Assembly: GCA_964035545.1 (NCBI GenBank)
Contig: OZ037771.1
Span: forward strand, 11,908,480 to 11,972,479
Length of the DNA stretch: 64,000 bases
Origin: Bugula neritina
Lineage: Eukaryota; Animalia; Bryozoa
Direction: 5' to 3'
Under the pieces are notes generated by a model. The model was not told the DNA's origin. It ran no database searches and saw nothing but the letters and a program-made list of their open reading frames with translations. This document shows positions 24,883 through 38,713 of this stretch, in pieces. The stretch's first letter is position 1, and the number at the start of each line of letters is the position of its first letter. The position numbers and the translations under genes are program-made.

Positions 24883-25547
24883 GTCTATTTTGTAAGTTGG
24901 CAGATTCTTTGAGCTAATAAACTTGCTTGAAAATACAAATCTTTAATTTGTAGTGGTTAAGTACAGCAAACATTCGGAAGGGTAGAATTTCAATAATGCA
25001 TTGTGCTGCCTGCTGTTGATGAAGCCCATGCACAATACTTCTCACACTAAACAGCAACATTTAATTTGGGTATAAATTCCAGTTAGAGTGAAAGTAATTA
25101 ATAATAGTCCAATCTAGCTTTTTGGCTTGATTGCTTGTCCTGAGAAATTTTTGCTCCTCATATAGGTAGAAAACCTCAACTAACTTAGATGTCTAAATTG
25201 GCCAAATCGAGCAACGAATTTGGACAAATTAGATGTCTGAATCGGGTGTCTAAACAGTGTGATTTTGACAGCTGATTGTTGCAATATAATCAACAGCAAA
25301 GTCAAAATGATCCACACTAATTGCTAGTTCAGTTCTAATTTATTTTCAAATTTTACATACTAGTATGTTTGATAATAGTTCCCATACTAATTTTAGAAAA
25401 TGCATACTGTTACATTCTATTATTTCTCTTGCAGGCTTATCACCAGTTGCTAAAACCTAAGTTTCATTGTATCAATCATTGCAACAGCAAATAAAACTGA
25501 TGGTTAATAAAGTAAAGTATTTACAACAAGTTGTTATCGTTTTGCAG

Positions 25548-26581
25548 CATTTCGTACAAGAATGCAGAGTTGTTTACTACATCTCCTCACAACATCAATC
25601 ACATAGAAATAGATAAATATAAGAAAGATGGAAGTTTACTCTTCAGTACTAGAAACGGTCTAGTAACTACTGATGGACAAAAAACTTCAACTCTTGTGTC
25701 ATTTTTTGTAACAGGTTTCACACAAATCAATGCGACTCATGTTATTTTGGCAGACTATTTCCACCACTGTATCAAACTATTCACCAGAAAAGATAATAGC
25801 ATCGAAGTGATGGCAGGGTCATGTGGTACCAAGGGCTACAAAGAAGGAGGAGTAGGGGTCGGACAGTTTAATTACCCTTATGGAATACAAATAGATGTTA
25901 GGAATCCAGGAAAGCTCTTAGTGACTGATTCAATTAACAGTGCCTTAAGGTATGTTGATATGAAGACAGGAGAGCTGAGTACGGTAATAAATACTGGATT
26001 CAGTTATCCTGTAGAACTTTTGTGGGCTGGAAAAGAGTTGCTGGTTACTAATTATTACAAGCACATAACACAAGTGAGCTGGTCAAGCAATGGAATAGTC
26101 AGCAACACTTTATTGGCTGGTTCAACCACAAGTAGTGGTGATGTGATTGGCCCGTTTGAAGTTGCAAGATTTGCTTATCCTTATGAGATTGAAAAATTGA
26201 GAGACAACCTGTACCTGGTTGCTGACTTTGGGAATAAAAAACTTAAGCTAATAGATATGAAGAAGAGGATAGTTGGTCCAGTCTGCTTTAAAGGAGAAGA
26301 TCCGTGTACAGAGAGTAGCTTGCTTCCTTATGGACCAATAGCCTTGTTGAATGTGGGTGGAGCAATCTATGTTGGAATGGGCCAGAACATTTATAAGATG
26401 AGTGGTGCGAAAAATTTACTCTATTTATGTAGTAAACTTATGTAGCTATATATAATTCTAATAATATAATTATATTATATAGATCCTATACAAATGTCAT
26501 AAAACACGTTATATGTATGGTATATGTATGTGTAGAATATAGATTATGATTTTATAAATATATAAATATATCAATATATAA

Positions 26582-26630
<49 letters not shown>

Positions 26631-27840
26631 TTGCATACATATTTTTAGCATATGTCTTGCATACATACTTTTAGCCAGTTTGTTTCAAAAACTGTAAAAT
26701 TTATTTTATTTGTAGAGTCTGAAATAGTGAGAAGATTGACATTCAAGGCAGACTATGATGTGACATGCGACTTACTCAATAGTAATGTTAACAGAGCTGC
26801 AATGAAATCTACATTGACTCAGAAGAGAAATCAAATTGACAAAATCTGTGGTGGTAGTGAGTATTATGTTGGTTATTTGCTATCTGTTAGAAGTATTGCT
26901 TTATTATCTATTTCTAGATTGTTCTTTTAGCTGTTGGAGAGTTTTATTGTACATATAGGTGAACGAAAGTTGCTAAAATTATGTTCAAAGTAATAAATTA
27001 CATATTCAAGTGTTAGAATAGTATAAAACAAATATTTAACAGAGCCTATTTGTACTTCAATAACAGCATAATATAAGCGACAATTATATTCTTGAAGTAG
27101 ACTGTTTGCTTGCTGAATTTTTAATTAAGTTGGTTTATGACACAAATATTAGTAACGTTATTTATTCTCTAAATAACTGCAATATCATGGTATCATATCA
27201 GAGCAGTAACCTGATTATTCGCATTCTTTAGATTGCAAGATGTGTGCTAATGTTGATCCATTCTACACCTGTACAAATGATCTCTTAACTGTCTACTGGC
27301 CAACTGACAAGCTGTATCCTGCCACCATCTTGGAACTTCCGGCAGTGTTAAGTGATGAACTGAGAAAGAAGCTGGACCAATTAAATCCAACGAGAGCTTT
27401 CGAGATTCCCATTCTTTCACACCAACCACCGTGTGTCTAATATTCTAATCGCAATAATTATACATCATTTTGTAATTTGAGACATCATGTAGCCTCTTAT
27501 TCCAAAAACTTCATCCGCTGAAATTTTCATATTACGTAATGTGGACTAGTTGAGATAAAAATACATGAATTTTAATAACTTACATATGTAGATTTCTAGC
27601 ATCTTTAAAAAAATTATTTTAAAAATTGTATATAAATATGTAACCATTTCAATTATCTTCTTATCTAGAAGTATAGTGGCTTCCAGAGAAAGGTAATGTG
27701 AATCTAAAGCCCATTGTGTTATTAACAGGATAATTGCTCCTAAGAAGAACTCAAAGGGAGAAGCTGTGGAAGTGATACTTTATTCAACCTGTGCTGATGA
27801 AACTCAAACTTATGATGCTGTCAAGGACATATGTACTTAA
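25548..27840 (+). CDS. Multi-exon host gene for an NHL-repeat (beta-propeller) protein. Exons about 25548-26404, 26716-26856, 27232-about 27432, and a probable last exon ending 27840
   Basis: NHL-like repeats (LADYFHHCIK, GQFNYPYGIQID, LVTDSINSALR, ARFAYPYEI, LVADFGNKKLK). Phase-1-compatible GT-AG junctions at 26404/26716 and 26856/27232. AATAAA at about 28002. The start codon and the frame of the last exon are unresolved. Confidence 0.62.
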
Positions 27841-28869
27841 ATTGCTGACCAATCAGCAACAAATATATATATGTACCTTTGTTTGTTGTCAGTTTTAGAT
27901 TACTCTAACAATGAAAGCTCGCATCTAAGTACCAAATTATTCATCATGAAAATCTGCTGATTCAATGTCAATCATTAAATTTTGTGTGCTTGAATGTTTT
28001 CAATAAAATAGTGTTACTTTTTAGTTAAAAATTGTTTTCCTGCTTTGTCCTCTTAAACTTTGAAAATAAACTTTCAAGTGTATGAAATGATGTGTGCAGA
28101 AAACTTAGTCACATGTGTAAATTCATTAGAGAGAAAGACTAAGTATGTTAGCTCATTTGTTTACAGCATATATACTTTTTGTATATGAGCTTCACTTTAT
28201 AGACATACCGAAAGTAGACTATATTTTATACCATTACCAAACAATGACAAAATAATTCAGGAAATGATGCAATAGATTTATTATAACAATATGCATTAAT
28301 GTATCACATATTATATATAATATTATAATATATAGCTGTAATTATATAGTTCAAAATACACGCAGTATATAATACAATAAGGTCAAGGCCAAAGTAACCT
28401 AGATAAAATATGTAGCAAGCCACAAACATATAAAATTGCTGCACGAAACTAGACAAAGACCATGTATATGTACGTTAATTTTAGAATATCTGGCAAACAC
28501 ATTGTAGGTAAGTAGAGAGTTGTAGTTTTAAAAGCTGCATAATAATTATTGTCCAATAGCAGACAAGCTCTAAGCTTTCAAGTGTTGGGATAATAAGCAG
28601 ATCTAGATCAGAGACTACGTCAGTCAGTTTTATCAAAACTGATAGTATAACTATATATAGTAACTTTCCAGTGAGTATAATTATAGTTGTCATAATATAT
28701 TGTTGACATACAAGATACATATATATAGACACCTGGGCTTTCACAGCTGGTTGTTTAAAATATTATCTCGTTTACCTCAATCTGTCTGTTATTGTGAGTT
28801 ACATCATATCAAACTAATTGAACAATAAGCAGCATCAAGATGTTATGATTATAATACATGGTATAGTTG

Positions 28870-29290
28870 ACACAGGTACACATAGCACAGGTAATCATAG
28901 CACCAATAAAAAATAATTAAAATGACAAACTGATGTTAATTTTGCCCAAACCCAAACCCCCATGCATTAGTATATAGCCTCTAACCCCTGCACCTAAACC
29001 CCCTACTTAGCCCACAAACCATGCACTTACCTCAAACCCAAAACGCCACTCTTAAACCCATGAGACCTTTATTCCTAATGCGTAAAATCCCTCATCTCAA
29101 ACTCTCACCTCAAACCCCAAACCCCAACGTATACTCCCAGCTCCAACCCCAAATCCCAATAATAAAAATGTGCTATTTTTACTTACGTTTTCATTTGTGC
29201 AATTAATTATTACTCGTGCTATTTCACCTGTAATACTATTTTTATTGTGTCATTTTAACGTATGCTAGTTTTACTCTTATCATTTTTACC
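28870..29290. repeat. MITE-like element with subterminal ATAGCAC/GTGCTAT repeats and a degenerate C-rich (AACCC) core
   Basis: Repeated ATAGCAC on the left, repeated GTGCTATTT on the right, strand-skewed AAACCCC tract between. TSD not resolved. Confidence 0.4.
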
Positions 29291-30397
29291 AAACATCATA
29301 AAACTTCTCACATCTCATAATAGCTTAAGTTGAATAAATAATATAAACGTAGCATGATTGAATGATGTAATATAAAATGCATGAGATGGTGCTGATCAAG
29401 ATATGATGTGGTGTAAAATTAGAATTGTCTCCCTTATAAATGTAGCCATTTCAAGTGCAGCTAATTTGACTGTAAAATACCAACTTTATAAATTACCAAG
29501 TGTATGTGAGAACATAGCCTAAACTATATATAATACCAAGCATATGTTAATTATTAATTAATTAGTTAGTGTCGGAAAGCCTACCTGTGAATATTCTCTA
29601 TCATATGGTATATATGCCAACTTCTTGTCTGTTGAAATACTATATTATTCAATTATTCACTAAGAGCGCCAACACAGTTTTGTGTAATAGGTAATAGGGA
29701 TTATTTGCAGAAGTCATGCTGTATTTGTGTTAAATAATTATATAGAATATATATATTATATTTTTTTAATTTAAATAGAATCAATGAAATTATGTGGCAA
29801 TAAAAAATTTTTTTTGTCATATATGAAGCCTGCTTAAACTGTGTTATGAGAATATATAATAACATTAAATCGTACTGTATACCAGAGCACTACTATTATA
29901 TATAGACGACATATAATGCAAGAGATGCTGCTCTGAAAACTGTATACAGAATATAATAAATTAAAAAATTATATGAATAACACTTGACGTTCACATGATC
30001 AAAGCTATAGATGGCTGATGAGTGTGGTATACTGCATAGTTGCTTAAATATTAAAAACTAGTCAGAATAAATTATTCTAAATATTATATACTAGATATTT
30101 TTCAAATTTGATTTTTATGTGCCTGAAAATAATTAATTATGTTTGTTAGCTATAATGCGAGCCACTGTAAATAAGACAAATATGCTTTGCATAGCGTATA
30201 TAACTAGCCAAATAACTGCAGTCAAATGTTTTAGTTTATTTGTAGTGCAGGTAGCACTAGTAGTGGTTGTAGAACTAGTATAGTGGCGAAGTCAATGGCA
30301 GTGGTGGGGGCGGTGACAGAGGGGGGCAGTGGCAGTAGCATTGGCACTGGCAGCGGCATGGGCAGCAGCACTGGCAGCAGCACTGGCAGCAGTATAT

Positions 30398-30706
30398 AGC
30401 AGTGACACTAGCAGCGACACTAGCAGCGACACTAGTAGTGACACTTATAGCAGCGATACTAGCAGCGACACTAGCAGTGACACTAGCAGCGACACTAGCA
30501 GTGACACTTATAGCAGCGATACTAGCAGCGACACTAGCAGTGACACTAGCAGCGACACTAGCAGTGACACTTATAGCAGCGATACTAGCAGCGACACTAG
30601 CAGTGACACTAGCAGCGATACTAGCAGTGACACTAGCAGCGACACGGTCAGCGACACTAGCAGTGACACTAGCAGTGACACTGGCAGTGACACTGGCAGT
30701 GACACT
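30398..30706. repeat. 12-bp minisatellite (AGCAGYGACACT)n with a 63-bp higher-order unit
   Basis: About 25 units. The TTATAG variant recurs at 30445, 30508 and 30571. Confidence 0.92.
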
Positions 30707-33170
30707 ATATAGCAGCGGCAGCGGCAGTATAGTGAATAAATGGTTGTTAAATTAGAGATGTAGCGTTGAAAGATAAAGAAACTGACAACGCTTTTGTGTG
30801 CTGAAAAATGCTTGTTGGTCATTATAAGTCTGCTAGGCAAACTGGTTTTCTTTTGGCTATAAGAAATATTTCTTGACATTTATCAGATGCATGTAAAGCA
30901 TTGATGCCTTGAAATAGTAATTGGTTATATGTATGTATGTTGATTATATATATCATCATCGCTTTTGTTATTTTTTTATAAAAATATTTTGCTTGTTTAG
31001 CATAATGGTTTATTGTAGATTTCAGCAGTTTCAGGCCAAATAATTTTGGTGTATACATGGCAGAATTGAGGACATTCCAGTCTGTCTGTCAACACATTTT
31101 GTTGATCTAATCTACCTATGATGGCCTTTCAAGAATTGCTGGAGTAGGTGAGAGTGAGAGAACTAGTCTTCAAATCAGTAGTATATTATAGGCTGTATTT
31201 CAATGATATTATTTTTTCAGCGTACGATATGTTGGAAACCAGTAAACTAATAAAATTCATGAAACTAATAATAGCCAAACCTATAATGCTGTTTAATAAA
31301 ACTTATTTGAGCTATTACTATAGTGATTTTTCCACTGCTTTATAAATTGATTGCAATCTTTAAAAGATGAACAAATTTGATTATTTTAATCTTTTATAGT
31401 AGGTCATCAATTAAAAGATTTTGACCTGTATACCTATCTAGTGGAGGTGCTAATTTGCAAACATACTGGTTTTACCAAAATCATTGATTAAGGCAGTTGC
31501 TGAAAGCTGGAATACTTTGCTAACCATGGCTTATATCTATTGGGCTACAATTTTGCCAACTTTTATAAAGCATTTAATAGCGAGTATAACTGTTTCTGTG
31601 CTGTACCACTCGACTGTTCATATAACTATTTCTACTTACTCTATATTATGATGTATATGAATTATAGCATTATATATAGTCTTTAATTGTTTCTTGCACC
31701 ATCCATACTTATATTTATAACTTTTAGGTAGATGCATACATTCGGACAGCTGGATATAGCCTGCGGCCATTGCGGAGAAGCTTCATAACTACATGCTTGG
31801 GGTTGGAGCTGAGTGCATATCAAGGTGGGTAGCTCAACTTCTTAGTTCATAAGTAGAAGCTAATTAGTTTTATTATAGAAAATTTTAATATGTTAAAATA
31901 GCAACATTATATTATTGCACTATAATACAATGGTAAAATGAGTAAACACTTTTTAATATAATTTGCTGCTGGTGAGATTGACAGTAGTTTCAGTAGTAAC
32001 AATATATTAGTAGTAATGGCGGTGGTGGCAGCAGCAGCAGAAGTATTGTAGTAGTTGTAGTAGTGGTTAGAGAGGTAGTGGCAGTGGTAGTGGCAGTGAT
32101 AGTTGCAGCGTCAGCAGCAGTGGCACTGGCAGTGGTACAGTGGCAATAGCAGCAGTATATAAAGTTCCTATACAGACATACATGGGGTCGTCATCGACAG
32201 CTGGATACATAACCAGCAACATTTCTCAATTGACGGATATAAACTCTGGGCTAAAGATGTGACTAAATGCATGCATTGTGAACCTGATTTTATTGGTTTT
32301 CATAAACTATATAAACATTACTTCTTTATTTTTTGATAAATATTTTTACTTAGCCAAATCACTGAATTAACTAATATATTAAAAACTGCAGAACTCCTTT
32401 CTTTTGTTTTTAATATTATTTCACTGGGAATTGTGAAATTAATGTTAATTTAAATACAATTATCACTATATTTCTATATTAAACTTCAGATTTCTCATGG
32501 ACATTTCACTTATACTAATGTGTTCAAACCTATGAATTTGAAACTGTAAGCAACATAAATCACTAATGAAAAGAGTAATTAATATTTTAACATAATACTT
32601 TGTTGGTTTAATATATAAGTATAAAAATAATATTTTTAATAAGTTTTTATCTAAAACACATGTCTTAATCAATCAAAGTATTATAATTGAGAGATTTTCA
32701 TTAATTATAGGTAGGCCTACCCATTGACAGCACTTTGAAAACAAACTAAGGTTTTCTTGCTGCCAATTATTTTTGTTTGCATGCATGTGCTTGCGTGACA
32801 GTTACATTACTAATGCTAATTAATTATTTGTATAAAAGACTGGATATGTACATGTGCCATGTAATATATTCATCATGCATTTAGATAGTTAAGTCTCAGA
32901 AATAATAATACACACATATAATTATTACTAATATAACATGACATCAAGGAAAATTGAATTTCATATTATATTAGCAAAAAAGTTACATAGGTAACCTATC
33001 TTTCATTTTTCACCCAGATAGCTATTTCATCTCTAGCTATAGATGTTGTATATTACTTTGTTGAATAGTTTAATACACAATACCTACACCCACCACCAAT
33101 TCAATATACACATATATATTATATATTATAGTAATAACATGACCGTTCACATTAGGTTATACCGGAATAT

Positions 33171-33998
33171 TTACAAAGTATAAATTTTAGTACAGTTTTC
33201 ATTATTAAAGCTCCTTACATGTTAATCACTTTATACGATGAATATTGTTTTTCAATTCATGTTAACAAGTTATTTCTATAATTCCATGCAGCCTGTTGGC
33301 TTAATGTGAAGATGAACATGATTCAGCCCACCGCCTGGCTGATAGGGTGTATTATATGTGGTTGTTGGAATGCTTGAAAAAAAAAACCAGAATACTGGAG
33401 CGATTAATAAACACAGCTTGCAAACTTTTCACCTATATAGAGCAATAATGTGCTGTTACAGCTAGAAGTGTTTTATCAAGCTAATGTGAATAAAATGTTC
33501 TTTAACTTCCCAAAATATGATTTGTAAAATTTGAATTCAATTTCTGCTTTAGCCAGATATAAATTATAGTTATAAAGTTATTAGGCCTATAACTCTTTTC
33601 ATAGCAACTGCTCGGAATAATATTATTATAATATTTTAATTGCTGGCGATTATTGCGTTGCTTTTTTAGACTCATCCAAAGCTTTTGAATTCGCGGGTAG
33701 GTGAAACGCCCCGATTTAAACACGCTAAGAACGAGATACTATACTGGTTAGTAAACGCGCAATAAAAATAAAATTTATCTATAAGCAGCTTTAAGTTAGG
33801 GGTGATTTAGCGCAGTAGTTCAAAGTCTCAAGTTTAAAGTTGGGGGTCAATCTGAACCCTTCACTGCAGTTGCAAGAATCGTTAACTACTGTAATCAATC
33901 ACTCCTAACTTTGAGTTGTTTTTAGAGAAATTTTACATTACTGGATCCAAGTCCAATACCAACTAGTAACTTGGCCTTTGGGAAGAGTTCGGAAGTAT
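33171..33998 (+). repeat. Interspersed repeat or local duplication, copy 2 of 9-869
   Basis: Colinear match to 9-869. Similarity ends at GGAAGTATA in both copies. Confidence 0.8.
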
Positions 33999-34568
33999 AA
34001 TATCATTTGCTTCCAGTCTTACAAAGCAACCATGTCTTTTAAATCTAGGACAAACACTATTCGTATAGTTTTAGACGTGTTAATGCTCATTTTAGGTAAG
34101 TTGGTCTTCGTTTTGATGTAAAAGTGAAAGTTAAAGTAGTCAGACTGAGAGTGAGACTTGATGTTCACTGTTAACAATAAGTATAACAGCGACAACTGAG
34201 TCTGATAGTGATACTGATAGTCATAGTGATAGTCATAGTAATTAACTTTAAGATCAAGTTGAACCGAAGGCGACTGAATTATTCAAAGATCATACGCATA
34301 ATAATGATTTTAAATTTAATGATTGGCTTTTTAAAATCATAGTTAGTTTTGATTATCATTATGATAATGATTGTAATCAGAACAGATTCAATAATTCATA
34401 CTCATAGTCATAGTCAATATGATTAAGTTACATTCAAATAAATATTATTCAATTCACTGATATCAAAATTGAAGTAGTAAACGTAATACTAATACTAAGT
34501 CTAATAGTAATAATAATAATATTACTTATATTTCTCTCCCTCCCTCCCTCCCTCCCTCTCTCCCTCCC

Positions 34569-35215
34569 TCTCTCAGGTCTGTCACTGCTCTTATTTTCCA
34601 TAAGTGTTCGAGCGTTCCATGTTGCCAATGTCATATGCTGTTTTCTACCGCATGAAGGTGAACCATCTGGATGCGGTATTCCAGCCAGGTTGAGGTTGAA
34701 CAGACCATGTCTGGGACACATTTTCTAGTCCCTTCCTCGGATTGAGGTGAGCAGGGCAGTCCCTAAAAAGGGCTGCTCAGTCATGAAAGCCACTACCAAA
34801 CATCTTTCCTGTCCAATCCAAGAGATGAGCGACTGATGAGCTTTCACCCCCTATGTGCTAGTTGGGAGCTGAGGACTTCCAGGCTTCACTACCCTGTCCC
34901 CGTCGCCACCTTCTAATCGCCATAGGGCTTTGTCGGTGAGTGTATGCAGGCAGAATGCTGTGCGTGGATTAAAGTGGTTATCACGATGCACTACAGAGAG
35001 CCACTGGCTTGGCTTGTCAAACCCTGATCCAATGGCCAGGATACCTCGACAATTGGGGATATAATAAGTTGCAATGGACAGCTGTTAGTCTGGAAGAGAC
35101 TCATCAGCACTTACCAGCTGATGGTATTGCTGTCGGAATTTCATGGGCCCGAGATGTTTCGTGATGGATATTGTTTTCAGTTCCCCCAGGTCCCTCTAAA
35201 AGAGGAGTGGTCGGT
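34569..35215 (-). mobile_element. 5' fragment (UTR plus APE N-terminus) of a second RTE family
   Basis: MTLATWNARTLMENKSSDRPER parallels LAEWNVRTLLDRNNSKRPER of the intact RTE. It is truncated at a (GGGA)n tract. Confidence 0.75.
35074..35110 (-). ncRNA. Degenerate type I hammerhead ribozyme in the RTE 5' UTR
   Basis: GTG-CTGATGA-GTCT(CTTCC)AGAC-TAA-CAGCTGTC-CAT. All elements are present except that GAAA is mutated to TAA. Confidence 0.6.
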
Positions 35216-37556
35216 TAAGTTATAGTAATAACTAATAGCTATAGTTATACTTTAACTTATACTTAGTTTTATAGTTATACTTATACTTATTTAGGCTATA
35301 GAGTATAGCCTATAAGACATAATGAATGTGATAGGTATCGCCATATTCAGTTTTGTAGAGATCAGGATGAAGATATTCACATCGATACGGAATTAAAACC
35401 TAACTAGTTAAATTTAAATTGTTTAATAATAATTGTTTTTATTATTATAAATTTATAATTTCTCTTGAACATTATTATCATCATCATTATGGTTATAATA
35501 ATAATTTAGATTATGCTTAGCCATTACTTATTAACTTTTACTTTAGCTGTCTTTAAGCCTAAGCCCTTATGACTAAGTTATTCTAATGAATAATGAATCA
35601 GAATGTGATAATCGTAATAATTATGATATCCTTAAAAATATTTTTACGATATAGAAATACTAATACTCTATGTAAGTGACTATCACACTTACAGCTATGA
35701 GTTCATCACTGATGTTTTAGCTTACAGTTATTCTTGCTCAGCACTCTTACTTTTACGCTTCCATTTACTGTTTGTGTTACTTTTAGAGTTATGGTAACTG
35801 TAGCTGTAAAGCTAACCTTAAAGCTAAATGCTGAGAGCCATAGTATCACAAGTACTATTAGCAATAGCTAATGGAACAGTCTCAAAATCAAATGCTCATT
35901 ATTACCGTATATGATTAGGTCATAGTGATAGACTTGTACTTATATTGATAGTCATAGTCCTATAGTCAGGGTACTTGATACTGGTAAGACCACTGCCTTG
36001 AAACAACATCTAGTCTTTCTACTGTTACTAAAACTAGTACTCTCACTTTTACTACCACTATTAGTACTACTCCTGGTACTAGTCATACTCAGTCACAGTG
36101 ATAGTACTAGTTTGAAATTTGGTAATTATCTATTAGCATTTTATTGTAAATAATAAATTAGTATAAGTATGGGCCAGCAGTTATTAGTAGCAAACAGTTA
36201 TCATTTATATTTTTTATATAATAATATTATACTTATTACTTATATTACCGTAGTAAAAAACAAAATCTATTATGCCATGTGCTACAAGTATCTTATTTAT
36301 CATAAAAAAGTGTCAGTATGATAATTAGAACTCAGAATCTTCATTGAGTGTAATTACGTAAGTATAACTTAGATTCTTAAAGTTGAACTAAAAGTTAGTG
36401 TGTTATAAATATAATGTAAGAGTGGATATAATACTTGCTACTGGCTTTTAAATCTTTGTTATGCTGAGATAACAAAAGAGTTATTTTAAAAGTACATAGC
36501 CTACTTATGTTACAGGTGATGGCTCCTCATTTTTAAGCCAAAATTTAGTTTAACATTAATTATTGTTTCATAGTAACTGTTTTCAATTTTAAAACATAGA
36601 AATTTTTTATTTATAATTATCACTGTGGCCATCAGATGAAGTATCAATGCGCCAATGAGTATCAGCATAAGTATTATAACTAGTATTACTAGTGTTACTT
36701 TAATTATAGAAATAATTATAGTACTGATAATCTCATCGCTATTAATACTAGTATTATAGTTTGCGTCACTATACTTATTGATCATTAAGCTGTGCCTCTC
36801 TTTCTATACTTGAAATATTTATACAGTGAATAAGTTTCACATTAGAGTTAGCAAATTTTGTGCTTTCTGATGAGTGAAAAAATTCCTTAGTTACAGGATA
36901 CCTTTAAATTAAATGAGCACAAAATGTTAAGCCTTTAAGTTTTCTATAGGTAAAAATGTAGATATTATGTAATTGAATAATTCCGGCATTTATCCAAACT
37001 GTTTCTTAGATAACAAGGATATTTGTCTGAATTATTTGTTCATTTTTAGCATGCTTCAATATGTTATAAATTTGAAATGCTCAAGCTAATATTACTGTAA
37101 AACTTCAATGATTATAGTAATACTTTTTGTAGTAATAATAGTTTTTTCCCATTTTTTAATTCAGTAATTGCCAGGTCTACTGTTATAAATTTTCTCCTTA
37201 TAAAGTTCTTTCATCACATTTACACCAAGCCTAATTTACTTCAATTTAAAAATTATAAGTCAGAATTAAATTTTATTATAATCCTGAAAATATATTATAA
37301 TGAATTTCCTTAGGTACCAGCATAAATGACTTTGACAATGGTGGTATGAATTTCAGTATACAAATATTATGAGTAAATTAATGTTTCATGTTAATGCCAG
37401 CTTATAAAGCATTATTTTTTTATAAACATTAACAGCCTGTCATTACTATTATGGTTTCTCTTTCACAAATAAATTGTGAAGGTTGAACTAATGTATGTGT
37501 TACTCAATAGTATACTGGAATCAAATTTATTCAAGATGTGAGGCAAAAATACATTT

Positions 37557-38495
37557 GTGATGGCTGCTGTCATTTTTGGTCTCTTGGGGGTCATCCAAGA
37601 TTTTTACTTTTTAATGTGGATGAATAGAATAGGGCTTTGTGATTACATTGCACTTTAAATTTTTAAAATCAGTCAAGTAGAACCAGAAATATACCAGGTT
37701 ATACACACAGCGGTCCACAACAAACGACTTTTATTATTGCGAGTAATTAACAGTCAAAGTTCGATAACCCAAAATTGTACTAAATTCATTATTTATCTAC
37801 CTAGCAACAGTGTCTTCAATTAGCTCCATCAGCCCAAAAGTTAGTTACCAGGGGTGGTTTTTTATGCTGATCATGAAAATATTAATTAAAAATTCCTATC
37901 TGCAATATCTTGATCAATATTTCAGAGCTGAGTTCAGTATAAAGAGAACATTTTGATACTTATTCTGAGAGATTATTACTATAATGCCTCAGTGGTTGCC
38001 TAATAAAATCTAACTATTTTGTATCACTGTTGTCACTAAGTTCATCGTTAGTATTATCACCACTACTCTTCAGTCCTTGTTCTCAATTTTCAATGTAGAA
38101 ACATTCTTTTAAATTGTCAATATCTGATTATCTATTAACTCGCAGCGTGATCTAGTCGCCATGTTTACTATTAGTAACAATTCTCAATTAAATTATATTT
38201 AATTACGTTGCGCTCTACACGACGCCGCTATATTAACTATTGTCAAAGGCTACGCTATTATGCTCTAATCACGTGACCAGCTTGCCAACCATGGAATAGC
38301 TCATTAAAACACCAATCATTCATAAACCATAGCAGATATCACAAAACTGATTGGACAGCTGGAAAGAGCACATGTTAATTGACTATTGCACGCTAAAAGC
38401 TAAAATTGAACTTTTTACGACAACTATAGATAAAACCCCTTATAACTAACAATCGCGAATAATGCCAAGAGACCAAAACTGACGGGAGCCATCAC
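37557..38495. mobile_element. MITE with 4-bp ATTT TSD (Sola1-like target pattern), 218 bp upstream of a PLPP exon
   Basis: About 31-bp TIRs GTGATGGCTGCTGTCATTTTTGGTCTCTTGG and CCAAGAGACCAAAACTGACGGGAGCCATCAC. ATTT lies at 37553-37556 and 38496-38499. Confidence 0.82.
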
Positions 38496-38713
38496 ATTTT
38501 GCTTTGTTTTTTCTAACTTATAGTGCCAGTAGAGCAAGTATTAGGATGTATGACAATCCAGTTTACTATTCATTGTGAACTTTTAATATTAAGAAACAAT
38601 GGAATAAGATTTCACTGTAACTATATAATTATAACTAATGTACCTTTAGCACATCCTTTTATCATGTAGCTTCTTGCATCAGCTGGAAATTTAATTTTAT
38701 ATGTTTATTTTAG

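Noticed and set aside
28940-29165. Interstitial telomeric repeat
   Set aside because: Too degenerate, with no regular TTAGGG or TTAGG period. Better explained as a MITE interior.
31728-31824. Candidate first coding exon of PLPP (AG...CAAG|GTGGGT)
   Set aside because: Splice signals are plausible but the peptide is not recognisably PLPP and no start codon fits the frame.
34830-34860. Hammerhead at CTGATGAG on the plus strand (also at about 27794, 30015 and 36867)
   Set aside because: No stem II followed by GAAA and a cleavage triplet.
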